Source of the DNA: Lingula anatina
Lineage: Eukaryota; Animalia; Brachiopoda
DNA length: 64,000 nucleotides
Reading direction: 5' to 3'
Assembly: GCA_051362555.1 (NCBI GenBank)
Contig: CM120647.1
Coordinates: forward strand, 9,362,001 to 9,426,000
Under the pieces are notes generated by a model, which worked only from the letters and a program-made list of their open reading frames with translations, made no database searches and had not been told where the DNA came from. Position 1 is the first letter of the stretch. Each line of letters opens with the position of its first letter. This document shows, piece by piece, positions 52,288 to 64,000 of the stretch. The position numbers and the translations under genes are program-made.

Positions 52288-55200
52288 AGGCCAACTAAGA
52301 GTGAAATACATGTCGATTGAGAACCATTGTTTATTTATGAATAAAAATGAGAAATGAGGTGCCTTTGCAAAGGTCATCGCACACCGAGTGCCATTTTAGT
52401 TGAATTCAAATATTTATTATTTTATGTTATTATTGTTTTCAACATAATTTTTAGGACAAGATCCCTGGCCAAATATCAGAAGGCATCACAAACTTGTCAG
52501 CGGTAGAAACCTTTTTTTATACACCGTTTAAAGACGCATTAACAAACCTCTCCATACCGGAAGACGAAAAGTAAGACCATTAAGGTTATTATCTTGAAGC
52601 GTTTGAAATTCTGCATATTAATTAATTACGTCTAAATTACTGTTTGATAGTCTAGACGAATAATGAGGCTGGTTGTCATGAGTGGGAGGAGGTCAACGTC
52701 TAGAGCAAACGTTGCCTCGAACTAATTGATATTTGCTCACCTTGTGGCTTCAGGAAAAATAAAAACACGATGAGCAAAAGGCGCTGTTCACAACCAAGTT
52801 GAACCGGGCCTAACTGACCCGTGCTTTAATCATGGCGCGACCCACTTGACAGCACGCCGCGTAATCCCTGCAGGGGGGCGGGGAATCCATTAGGGGATTG
52901 TGCGGTATGTTTTCCAGTGCGCTATATTTGGATGTGAGCAAAGGCAAAGGGTTATAGTCATCTGATACCATTTTATCTTTTATTTCTTACAGATCACAAC
53001 TCAGAGCTCGCGGCCAGAATGTCATAGCAAACGGAATTCAGCCAGCGTTTGCCAATTTGTCCATGTTTATAGCTGACGTAAGTAGTGAACATTAGGCCAA
53101 GCAAAATTGAAAGGTTGGTTTATATGTGCGACCGAACCTTATTTAGAGGAAATCAGAATTTTTGCAGACTTAAAATATTTATTTGTTTTTCTTATGGAAA
53201 GAAATGCAGTTGACCCACAGAAAAAAGAAACTAAATGTTTTGTTTATTCTTGAAAGTCGTTCACACTTAGGTTTAACCCCCCCCCCCAAAAAAAAAAAAA
53301 ATCTTTGAAATACAATTCCTAATATGGAGCATGCGTACCCTTGTAACCTAGTACTTGGATCCACCCTTATTGCTGTTACCCTATAACCGCTTCCGGTTTC
53401 CATTTTCTTTTTAAATTCAGGAGTACCTTCCCAACACCAGGTCTGGGTACGGAGTCAGCAGCTATGACCGAGGGTCAGACTATTACAAGGCGTGTCTCAA
53501 GTGGCATCTGACCACCGATATGACCCCTGAAGAAGTCCACGAAAAGGGGTGGAGCGAGATACGAAGGATATCCGCAGAGATGAATAAGGTTGGTCGTCAT
53601 TGGTTGGCAATTTGACCAATCGTAAAATTGCAGCAAACAAAGTAGCCGAAGAATTACAGATAACGAAAACAAACAAGCAGAAAAATTTATAATAATAAAT
53701 TTTAAAGAATTCATGAATTGACTGAACCAAATAATAAATAAATAAAAAATCAGCTGCGCGTATCTTATATTAATCAAGCATATATTTTATCGATCTTTGA
53801 CCAACATCCTAAGTGACAGTGATGTGTGACGATTATCGACAGCAGATGAGAGATCCTATGCTGTTTTACATCTCATAGTGTAGCCAACAGTGTTGATAAG
53901 ATTGTGTTATTTCAGACGATGTCTCTCAGAGTGTAAATAACCAATGCGTGTTTTTAAGATTAGTTGAGGTTCTGTCACACCTACTGTATAGTACTTACCT
54001 TTGAGAAATATTGCCCATACGCAGACAAACGCAAGGGGTACGATTCCCTTTACACTTTCTGTAAGCCGTATACGTCTAGAGTACGCAGGCAAACGTTGGT
54101 GTACGTTCTAGGAGGGAGATAAAATGTTTTGAGCATGTTCATAAACATTTTCATAGGCTACTTATAAACAGGGTGATTTTATCTGCTTAAAGTTGTGCGT
54201 ATAGTCGATGTGGTATACGATACTCATACAGTACGCACCTCTGTACGTTAGGTGTGGCAGAACCTTTGCCAATATGACTTGCGTATTTCAGATTCTTGCG
54301 GATCTAAAATTTAGAGGCTCCATCCGGGACTTTGTAAATAGCCTGAAGACAGACCCCAGGTTTTTCTACAACACCTCGGTAAGACAGGATATCTCAAATC
54401 ATGCCATGCGTTTTTGTCTTTTTCGTTTTTTTTAGTGCTACTCCTTTCATATTTTAACGCAACGGGAATTTTCATTAAAGGCATACTTGTTGCCACTTCT
54501 TTCGTCGACCAAGATTGAACTGAAAAAAAAAAAAAAAAAAAGGGTCCATCCATTGTGTCTTGGTCACCTGTTTTGGATATGATGTTCCTTAGAGTTAACT
54601 TAGAGTTAAGTGCTGAAGTTTCCAGGACATGTTGCATTTCATTATAGAGGCCTAATTCGCATTATTTTTTTTTTTAATTTAAAGTATAATTTTAATCGTA
54701 TATATTAAAAGACAGTAACATTTCCAACCACAGCATGTTTTGCGAATATGCCCAACGTATACATGTACAAGTGGTACATTCAAGATAATCAAAAATCTTA
54801 ATGGATTGGTTTTGCAGGACGAGCTTCTCGCTGAGTACAACGTGATAACACGAGAGTTGATTCCACAACATCTACCTAAGGTGTTCAAGGACATTCCAGT
54901 CATTCCATTTGAGTAGGTTCAAAATTTGGGTCCCACTTGATACAAGTAATAATATGTCTAAATGTAATGTTTTATAAATGAAATATAATAAAAAAATGCA
55001 AAATAACTGATCGTGCATTTTTCTAAAATTTCTAAATATTGCGGTGGCCCATCATGAAAGGTCGACTTTGCGATAATGATATGAGAACGTTTGACTACTT
55101 GTGATTAGACCACTATAAAAAATGTTGATATGTCTTAATGGGCGTTCGGTGGTACTACTACAAGGCTTTCATTTTCATTGCAGGATCAGAGCAATGACAA

Positions 55201-57219
55201 ATGATGGCCCACTGGGTCAGTATTACGACCCAGGGCAAAACAACAGCCGTCCAGGAGTGTTTGAGGTCAACCTATACAACCCAAAAACGAAGTAAACCGA
55301 TTTTGTTTCATATAAGGCAATTAGTCACCCTTTTAACAGCTTAATTTTGTCCTCCGCAAACTCGGCGATTGCAGAAAGTAGTTCGAAATGGATGTATGCG
55401 AATGTTTCCTAGATAGGCCGAACTCTTTAATATAGTTAAATACATTCTAAAAATCATGAAAGTAGATAAACAAAAGCGGCAGCAAGGTATGGCACGGGGA
55501 GTGTTGCACCCAACGTCACCCCATCAATGTCTGGTAAAGTAAAATGTATTTGATAGCATCGTTTTATACACTGCACTTCTTCTGTTATGTAGATTAACGG
55601 TGGAAATGGTGGCCCTCAGTTTGCACGAGGTCGAGCCGGGCCATCATTATCAGGTAAAGTATAATGTTAAATCAGTGGTGAAATGATTATTTTTTCTTTC
55701 TAGAAAAAAAATGAATTATCATTATGTGTCCATCAAAGTTAAAAGTACTCTTTAAAATTATTTTCAAATGTTCTTTTTGATAATGGTAAGTCTTAATGCT
55801 TATCACGTGATTTATAATGATTGTTAAATAAAATATGAAGTAAAATCTGTTCACAGGCCAGCGTTCAGATCACTGAACATCTCCCCGACTACCGAAAGAA
55901 CCTGGAGTATTCCAAGTATTATGCCATCCCATTTAATTTTCCTTTCCAAACCGCTTATTCTGAGGTGAGTATAAGATCTTTTGGTGAATGTTAAGCAATA
56001 TAACACATTTAATTTGCTTACTTTATAATATATCGATGTACGTATATGTTCCACTTCATATCTCATACTTGTGCTGAATAGGGTTACCGTAGTATCAGGG
56101 ATAAAATATGGTTGATTTATTAATCCAAACAGCATTGCGTTTCCGCAACAAATGGCCTACTAGACAATAACTGTGAGCAAGTGTGTTGTCATGATGTAGT
56201 TATCCCTTCATCAAATTGGAGGGAGTTTATGTTCTTAATTGGATTAAATGGTATGAAATAACGTTTTTTTGTTCCATAAGTCATATTAGATATTGGCGTT
56301 TGCAATAAATAAAAGGAATATCTATTTAAAACGGTTTACATGTTTTCATGAAGTGTCGTGCATGTTGAAATTTTAACGTCTGGATATTTTATGTCCATCA
56401 GGGCTGGGCACTCTATGCGGAAGCTTTGGGAGAAGAAATGGGAGTCTATAGAAACAACTACGAACTGTAAGTAAACTACATCCAAACAATGGTTAGCATC
56501 TGAATTAACCCAAAAGAGGCTGGCGACCAACGTGAGGTCATTCGAGACTAGATAATTGAAACTATTTTTAGGGCAACAAGGATTATATTTACGTGTTTGG
56601 AATTTCTCTTATAAGAATAGTACAAAGTGACACGCAATGCATGGTTATATTTGGCGCTGTTGGGCAACAACTTGAGAGGAAAATGTGTTGGGAGTTCCAA
56701 AGTGCATGGTCAAAAGTGCATGGTCTTTATGTGCCCACGGAGAATATGAACTGTGCGTTACCGGAATATTACCTAAATAACTTAGTAAAACTTGACCAAC
56801 ACTATTCTCGAAAAAATCGAAATTGTTCTTTTCCAAAATGACCTACATTAACATTAAAATGCGCAAACCGGGAGAAAATCATGGATATGAAATCGGCTCA
56901 AAGCATGCTGTTATGAGACATGCCTTATGGACATAGACCAAGCGATAATTTCAGTGAGAGTATAACTTACATTGTACTTGTTGATTTTGTTCTATTTCAG
57001 CTTTGGAAGATATTCCTCGGAAATCTTCCGGGCCTGCCGTCTTGTCGCGGACACAGGACTTCATTATTTCAAGTACGTGGAGTATTACATTTACCACTTA
57101 ATTAGTAAACCGGCTGATGTGCTGTAACAGCGAAGCAATAAGTGACAGCATTTCACTTTTTTTCAATTTTCATGGACTGCTAAACATTAATCATTATTAT
57201 TTCTATTGTAATCATCAGC

Positions 57220-57271
<52 letters not shown>

Positions 57272-57631
57272 GAATGAATGATACCAAAGATATAGCTGAA
57301 ACCAACCATCACACGAAAACAATTAAAAACACGATCAAAATTACATATCTCTTCCAATCTGTCTTTAAGCTGGACGCGGGAGCGCGCCATAGAGCTGTTT
57401 GAAAATTACACAGCCAATTCTTTAGACGGCATCAAGATTGAGGTGGACAGATACATCACGTGGCCGGGCCAGGCATGCGCATACAAGATAGGGGAGCTCA
57501 AGATAAAAGACTTGAGGAAGAAGGCATCGGATGCGTTAGGTGAGAATTGAGAATGCGACCTTTCCAAAGATAATGATGTGCATGTACGGTTAACTTATGT
57601 CCGCTAGTCGTGGACGAGCGACATGGGTCTA

Positions 57632-57664
<33 letters not shown>

Positions 57665-58022
57665 CTAGTGTAATTATCTGTGGGAAGGTGAATTATCATT
57701 CTTGTTAGGTCGAGGATTTTATTTAGCTATTTCTTCTTCTTCTTTTTCTTCTTGTTGTTAGGGGGGGTGACTTGTGGTAATGTTTATAAATGCACTATTT
57801 TGTTATGTAAGCATGAGAAAATCTTGAACACCTTTATCTCGTTGCTAACACCATTTTACTATTACTTACTATCATTCAAGCATTTGTTTGTTCATCTATA
57901 AGAATACTTTACAGATTTTCTAATTTTTTATGACATACAGTTCCTCTCGCCAATATACGTACCACCAGCATACGAACTAGTACACGCATGCTCACAAAAA
58001 TACGCCTGCAACAGCATATACG

Positions 58023-58057
<35 letters not shown>

Positions 58058-58401
58058 GCACGCACGCACGCACGCATACACGCAAACTTACACACACACA
58101 CACACACACACACACGCGCGCGCATACTCAAGATTCTCGGCACATTTTGCATAGGCCTATCTCTAAACATCGGATATTCCATATACCCATTCCAGGCTCA
58201 AATTTTGATCTGAAAGAATTCCACAACCGAATCCTGAAGACCGGACCAGTGCCCCTGAGTATACTGGAGACAGTTATTGACAGATACATCAGGGAGAGCA
58301 GACCGACCAGCAGCGCCAGTACCACTTCTGTTGGGACGACAACCATTGCCATTTTAGTTCTGTGCCATCTTTTCAATCAGTTCGCCGCTTTAAAGGGTTA
58401 A
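45936..58401 (+). CDS. DUF885-family putative zinc metallopeptidase, 632 aa, signal peptide plus GPI-anchor-like C-terminus, 16 exons
   Basis: Exons 45936-46011, 50610-50755, 51323-51453, 51693-51897, 52455-52570, 52993-53077, 53421-53588, 54292-54378, 54818-54912, 55184-55291, 55593-55653, 55857-55964, 56402-56466, 57001-57072, 57370-57539, 58196-58401, all phase-consistent. Motifs [80 protein letters not shown]. Confidence 0.92.
46031..46320. repeat. (GA)n/(GT)n compound low-complexity tract in DUF885 intron 1
   Basis: Directly visible. Confidence 0.9.
50762..50910. mobile_element. GC-rich-TIR MITE inserted 6 nt after a splice donor
   Basis: CAGGCCCGTAGCCAG...CTGGCTACGGGCCTG (15-bp perfect TIR) with TATGG on both sides. 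Confidence 0.85.
51931..52187. mobile_element. MITE related to family A (distinct subfamily with long internal inverted arms)
   Basis: Shares AGATCGATCTA, GCTAAAT/ATTTAG and TAATTACCCC motifs. CTTAAGCGGCTTAGAT pairs with ATCTAAGCCGCTTAAG. Confidence 0.65.
58018..58120. repeat. (CA)n/(CGCA)n microsatellite
   Basis: Directly visible. It forms the spurious N-terminal half of ORF 57988-58401. Confidence 0.95.
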
Positions 58402-58779
58402 TTTCCTCTAGTATCATGTACTTAGTTCAATATTTAAACAAATAAACAGTTTAATAAGGTATCTGTACTCGAGTCAGTCGCAAATAATGCGCAAAAGTAT
58501 CTCATTACAGTCGCGTGGAATACAGTCTGAGTGGATTGTGTTGAACTTGGCAATCAATTGTGTTAGAGGAGCGTGTGTTTGGGGAGCTCTGGGTTTCATT
58601 TAATCACATATAGTAATAAGCATTTTTCGACCGAATCAGATAGATAGGTATGTTTAGATAATATAGATCAATGACAAATTATAACATTAAACAACATGAG
58701 TAAAAAATGACAAAGATGAAAAAATCTTTTTTACAAGAAAAACATTTGTCAATTATTACACTTGACGCTGAAAAGGGTC

Positions 58780-60105
58780 TCACAACCATTTTCGAGTAAA
58801 CATATTCATCATTTGATGCCATTGCCCAATAGTCAGTGAAAAAATATTTGGTGCGGAGCAGTACATAGTGTCAGGTGTAAACGGCAGCAGACGACGGTTA
58901 TCTAGCCCGAGAATTTTCTGTATTTCTGGTTTTTGTAACCAACTTAATTTTTTTCTAATCATGGGATGGGTAGGGTCCCAGTGTTGTAGGATGAAATCCG
59001 GCGTCACAAGATACGAATGGTTACCTTTTAGCTTTGGCTGCCCTGGAATAGTGATGTTAAGACCCGGTTGCAGGGTACCTGGTTTTTGGCGTGTAGAAGT
59101 TCCTTTCAATACAGCTGCTATTAATGGGTTGGCTTTGGCTTGGACAGCTTTTGTTTTCGTTAGCAAAGCTGAGGAAATGTAGTCCCGCGGTTTCTCGTAA
59201 TCAAAACAGCGTCTGTATCTTTCCTTCGAGACAGTTCTCTTTGTGACACGATTTAAAACGTACAACGAGTTACACTGCATGCGATAACTGTGATACAGCA
59301 TGGAGATCAACTGGCGAATCATCCAGCCACCATGAAACCAGGATTCATAGTCTAGGTGCAAATCGTACGGTATCAAAAACGATAACGTATCCTTGTGAAA
59401 AGCGTTCAAACAATCATCAAAATCCCAGTTCAAGTTTACGGGTTGTTTTTTATTGACAAACTGTCTTGTCATGTCTCGGTAACGTACGTAACCCACAGCA
59501 GGTTGGTAATACATAAGAAACTCCTCAAACCTCTGATAAGGGTCCGATGCCATCTTGGGCCAAGCTTTCCAATTGACCTGCCCATCCGACCTAACCGAAA
59601 GTTCCAAGTCATCGTCCATGAATATATAGTACAGATATCCGCCGTCTTTCAATTGGGCTGCTAAGTTCACCGCATGATTAAGAAGTACATTTCTCCCAGA
59701 ATTGTGGGATGTCCCCGGTGAGTAAATATCACCTGACTTATCTGCAAACGTCAGCCAAATGACGTCACGTTCATTGGTTTCTACCAATCCTTCAATGGAC
59801 CCTTTTGTCGGTCCCTGAATAAGATACACAAATCGCTTCCCTATTGTCTGTTTGTAATCTCTTGTTTGTAAAACTGCATACCTAACCTCAAATTGAAAAT
59901 GTATGGACTCGGGCAAGTCGGCATCGTCGGCTTCTTTCCAAGTTGGTCTTTGCGAATTTTGTTGAATGGATTTCTCGGCGCCGATGTTTTTTCTCCTGTT
60001 ACTATAGTTTATGAAAATGTTTTTCTTCACCCAGAAAAACCGCCACAAACAGCCAATCACAATGACAGACAGAAATACGTATTTGACTCTTTTATTTGTC
60101 CTCAT
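58780..60105 (-). CDS. Type II membrane protein, 441 aa, putative GT-A-fold glycosyltransferase; single coding exon
   Basis: Intact 1326-bp ORF. Basic N-tail plus TM (YVFLSVIVIGCLWRFFWV), then a stem, then GRNVLL...YLYYIFMDDD, a DxD-like motif after a hydrophobic strand. Acceptor CAG 3 nt before the ATG (60109-60111) implies upstream UTR exons. Function is an inference. Confidence 0.85.
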   Translation of the reverse strand: MRTNKRVKYVFLSVIVIGCLWRFFWVKKNIFINYSNRRKNIGAEKSIQQNSQRPTWKEADDADLPESIHFQFEVRYAVLQTRDYKQTIGKRFVYLIQGPTKGSIEGLVETNERDVIWLTFADKSGDIYSPGTSHNSGRNVLLNHAVNLAAQLKDGGYLYYIFMDDDLELSVRSDGQVNWKAWPKMASDPYQRFEEFLMYYQPAVGYVRYRDMTRQFVNKKQPVNLNWDFDDCLNAFHKDTLSFLIPYDLHLDYESWFHGGWMIRQLISMLYHSYRMQCNSLYVLNRVTKRTVSKERYRRCFDYEKPRDYISSALLTKTKAVQAKANPLIAAVLKGTSTRQKPGTLQPGLNITIPGQPKLKGNHSYLVTPDFILQHWDPTHPMIRKKLSWLQKPEIQKILGLDNRRLLPFTPDTMYCSAPNIFSLTIGQWHQMMNMFTRKWL

Positions 60106-60604
60106 TACCTGTTGTAAATGATCATCTGCGAATCCAAACCCTTAAATCTGAAATCTAAGAAAATGTATAATATTTAATTGTTTTTCGTTTAAATAAATCT
60201 TGAAAAAAGCAGATAAACACAAGGGATTCGTTAGACTTAGGTCGTATAATTCTCGAGTACGCAGGTAAAAGTTGTTGTACGTTTGTACACCCGTAGGACG
60301 TTTTGATCACACCCAAAAACAATTTCATGCGCTGCATGCTTATACACATGTTCATACTAGTACCTTCATTTTCATATGCTGGAAATGTAATGTTTGTAAT
60401 TGACAGCCATGAGCGAATAAAGAGCGGGGAGTGTTTTGTAGGGTAACTGAGTTGATCGGCATATTCTTATGACACTTATAAAACTGTGTGTAATGAAAAG
60501 GGGAGAAGGCCGCTGGAGACTGCATAAGGTAGAGATAGAAATGGAAAGAAAGCGGCGCGGTAACCATCTGGAAAGTAGTTAATGAATAACACGAAAGAAT
60601 ACTA

Positions 60605-60842
60605 CACACACTGGACAATAGAAGTGTCACCCCCTGAATCAGAGCAATCAAAGTTATAATGCATGGTCTACTTATAATGTGACTAATGAGTATAAAACCG
60701 CTGTACCATGGAATTGTATTGTTGGTCTTTTTGCGAAATTTGATGTTAATAAAATGATACCAGGAGCATATCATTCCACAGTCATTTATCTCCCCCAAAG
60801 TGTTGGTTCAGTATGGGTGACACTTCTATTGTCCAGTGTGTG
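60605..60842. mobile_element. Tc1/mariner-type MITE
   Basis: TA-CACACACTGGACAATAGAAGTGTCACCC...GGGTGACACTTCTATTGTCCAGTGTGTG-TA, a 28-bp perfect TIR. Confidence 0.88.
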
Positions 60843-61171
60843 TAGAGTTGTGTTTACTACATGTACCTCGCGTAATGGCAAAAGATAGGGATAACAACTT
60901 TGTCACAGAAACAGGGTTTCGTACGGTTAAAGTTGTTCCCGTAATCGATATCATATACGATATTCAAACGTTCCGCTTTACGCTAGGTACAACAGAGCCT
61001 TACCTATATGTTATCCGACCTGTTGCAATTCAGGTACGTGACAAGCAAATAAAGCTAAAGCGACTGAAGCAAATAAAGTCAGTGACTTTGTTTAAAACAC
61101 GGCTTAACAATAGCTTGCTATTGATATTTATATTGATTCAAGCACTCCAACAGTTAGTAGACATGGCTACC

Positions 61172-61335
61172 CAGGGGCGGATCCAGAGATATTTTCTGAC
61201 AGTCTTCCAAATTATCTTTATTACCATCCTCCATTTTGACCGTCTTCCGACAGAAAAAATAGATACCTGTCAATGTAAACTTAAAAGTCTGACCGTCTTC
61301 CAGAAGACCCAGAAGACGACCTAAATCCGCCCCTG
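61172..61335. mobile_element. CAGGGGCGGAT-terminus MITE
   Basis: CAGGGGCGGAT...ATCCGCCCCTG with near-duplicate flanks GCTACC/GCTACG and internal TGACCGTCTTCC repeats. Confidence 0.75.
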
Positions 61336-61823
61336 GCTACGACCTGAGTTCTGAAAGATAGTAATCCTCGATCAAATCGTTATGCTAACCCCGGTACAGA
61401 TGCTTCTGGTTCTCACCCACCCCCATCCCCCCATGCGCCTCTCTTACCTGACATTGTGGCAGATTCAAAGCCACGCCCTTTTTAGTGTGACGGAGCTCGC
61501 CCCCACCCCGCTCCCCATGACAGGGTGATGAATTTTAAACCAGACCGTCCTAAGTTTTAAAGAAGTGCACTCCGCACAACGACCTTTGCCAAAAAAGTCG
61601 AAGTTGTATTGGGCGTCTCCACTGGATCTTGTCTTGGGTTCAAGTGTTTCACAAAAGAGAGAATTTGATATATATTTTAAGTTATACTTAAAACAACGCC
61701 ATGTTTGCTATTCCCAGCACCTTACCTGTGTGGCAACGTCTCCCTGTTCCAGACAGGACATCTGACCCAAAGCAACTTTTGATAGATTTATATCAGTAGC
61801 GCCTCCAAGACAGCCCACTGTGA

Positions 61824-61842
61824 GCGCGCCATCTAGCGGTGA
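61824..61842. promoter_or_regulatory. CTCF-like motif
   Basis: GCGCGCCATCTAGCGGTGA. Confidence 0.4.
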
Positions 61843-62576
61843 AATACGACGGAGAGACTGACTCGAGAACCTGAATGGCGATACTACATGTATATTATGA
61901 AGCCAGGATGGTATAAGAACATACTTTAAATAAAGTTTGCATAAAGGTTTGGAAGTAGTCCTTTTTCTCTAGTGATATAACTTTCAGGAGTTCTATTGAA
62001 TATTGAGTTTAAAATTAAGTTTAAGTGCAGTGCTTTACAAGTGACGCTGTATCCTCATTTTAAGGGCTTAAGCAACTTTCATGCCTCCCTTCTGCGCCAC
62101 CTGAGCAACCTACGGCATCCTACGTGAAAACGGCGATAAATGTAGACAGCCAGCTTAAAATGTACAAACAATACAATAGTAATTTACTTCGATGACCGCT
62201 TTCCCTTTTATTTGTCCGATAACCAGGTTGGTGGTTTTGTGCAGGTTAGAGATCTCTTTTATTTTTATAAACCATCAAAAAACTTGGATTTATCCACTCC
62301 CCCCTCCCCCCCCCCCCCCCCCCCCCCCCCAGTAGACTTGCTATTATTTAGAGAGTCGTCTGGGCGGAGAACCTCGTAGCCACAAAACAGAAGAGTAAAG
62401 GCTTTGCCACACCTAGCGCATGGCACTAACGTATGAGAAAAATTGCCAATATGCACACAGGCGCAAGGGGTTCGTTAGGCTTACGTCGTATACGTCTCCA
62501 GTACGCAGGCAAACTTTGGTTTACGTTCGTATGCTCGAAGGGAGACAAATTGTTTTGAACCTATTCAAAAAATATA

Positions 62577-62805
62577 CTGACAATCAATGAAAACGCATCA
62601 TTTATTTATCAAATAATATTTTAAGTTCCTTTGGAACATTAAGAAAATAACAGTTTTCGTGTGAAATATGACCCATTATTCAGTCAAACAAGGTGACTCT
62701 CTTATGACCAAACAAGTGCATTTCTTCTCGTTTATATGGTTGAAATCGATTCTCGGTAAAAAAAAGTACAAGAAAGTTTTCTGATGCGTTTTCATTTATT
62801 GTCAG
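62577..62805. mobile_element. TA-flanked Tc1/mariner-type MITE nested in an older repeat
   Basis: TA-CTGACAATCAATGAAAACGCATCA...TGATGCGTTTTCATTTATTGTCAG-TA. It splits a sequence that is contiguous at 60310-60340. Confidence 0.82.
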
Positions 62806-62900
62806 TATATTTCATGCGCTGCTTATATATCTTCATTTGAATACGCTGGAATCAGGATGATTACATACAATTAAAGATGAGCGAATATCGATGTAACTAA

Positions 62901-63115
62901 GACCCCATTCCCACAGATTTTAGATCGATCTATCCCTGAGGGGAGTCTCACTAGATTACTGTCAGCTTAGCCGGCTTAAATGCCTGTCCCGCCCACTAAA
63001 AGCTGTAAGGGGGTAATTAACTACAGTGCGCGCTCGGATGACAGCAATTTAGCGTGAACTCCCAGGGAGTTAGTTCGATCTAGATGGGTCGATCTAAATC
63101 TATGAGAATGCAATC
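62901..63115. mobile_element. MITE family A copy 3
   Basis: TAA...TAA flanks. High similarity to 34626-34852. Confidence 0.82.
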
Positions 63116-63400
63116 TAAGATACCCATACGCTTCTCTTAACGCTAAGTATGTCAGAGCCTTACCTTAACCTAACCAGGCCAGCATGCAGTCGTTCATGCA
63201 CGTGACAAGCAAACCTCAAGCGACTCTTCATGAAGTGAAAAACGCACAGCCTTAACAATATAGCTTGCTATTGATATTGATTGCGGAACTCAAACAGCAC
63301 GTAAACATGAACATTTAATCAGCCAGACCTCAGTACTGACAGGGAGAAGTCCTCGTGAAAAATCGTTAACCCAGGGGAAGAGAGAGGAGGAGGTCGAGCT

Positions 63401-63533
63401 CAGGGGCGGATCCATGATTATTTGAAGGGTGGGGGTCCGGAGGGGAACGACAGACCTCTGATGCGAAGCCGACCATCGCCCCCTTGGTGTGGGGTTCGGG
63501 CATCGCTTCAAATAATCCTGGATCCGCCCCCTG
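63401..63533. mobile_element. CAGGGGCGGATCC-terminus MITE
   Basis: CAGGGGCGGATCCATGATTATTTGAAG...CTTCAAATAATCCTGGATCCGCCCCCTG. Confidence 0.8.
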
Positions 63534-64000
63534 CTTTACTCAGTGACCTTTGCCAAAATTGTCATATAGTGATATTACACGTCTCCATATTGGCCCTTGA
63601 CCAGGGCTCAAGTGCTTCACATAAGAAGGAATTCAATATAAATATGTGTGCACTATTATATTATCCTTAAAAACAATGCTACTCTTTGTTATACCCATCA
63701 CCTTAGCCTTACATCCACTGAAACGAAGTATTGCAAAGGAAACCCAGCAATTAAGCCTTTGCTTAATTAAGTGTATCGTAGTATTCTAATGACTGATCCT
63801 ATTTTTAAGTCAGAAAAGACATTTGACGACCTATATAGACGGTTATGTCGAACCCCCGAGTCCCCCTTGTACTCCTATCCCCCCCACCCTCCCACCTCGC
63901 CTCGGGTTTGACTAACTCAATTAAGGTAGTCCTCTCATATTAGCTTTTTTTTGCGATCTGCGCAGGTTTCGCGCATGAGTAGTTTTTTGAGATAGCGGCT

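Noticed and set aside
60352-61324. 148-aa and 162-aa ORFs
   Set aside because: They run across MITE boundaries and show no protein-like features.
1-64000. tRNA, rRNA or snoRNA genes
   Set aside because: None recognised by eye. A covariance-model search (tRNAscan-SE, Infernal/Rfam) would be needed to exclude them.

Overview
AT-rich, intron-rich animal genomic DNA. The gene style and repeat types suggest an invertebrate, possibly a mollusc or other lophotrochozoan (inference). Most ORFs in the supplied track are spurious, so I assembled six spliced genes by hand using GT-AG boundaries and phase checks. (1) The 3' part of a GATA4/5/6-type transcription factor (+, <1-13407) with an unusually interrupted N-finger tail. 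(2) A secreted 254-aa precursor with four exon-encoded 6-Cys modules (+, 16031-19513). (3) ECHDC3 (-, 20597-24811). (4) A head-to-head type I membrane protein ending in a PDZ motif (+, 25402-39531). (5) A 16-exon DUF885-family putative metallopeptidase with a signal peptide and GPI-like tail (+, 45936-58401). (6) A single-coding-exon type II membrane DxD protein (-, 58780-60105). The most striking non-gene structure is a 1.66-kb fold-back Tc1 (DD34E) element with two 804-bp arms (40851-42513) just downstream of gene 4. There are also many MITEs, tandem decoy copies of an ECHDC3 splice acceptor, short stray copies of gene segments, and an old local duplication at 60.2-63.7 kb.
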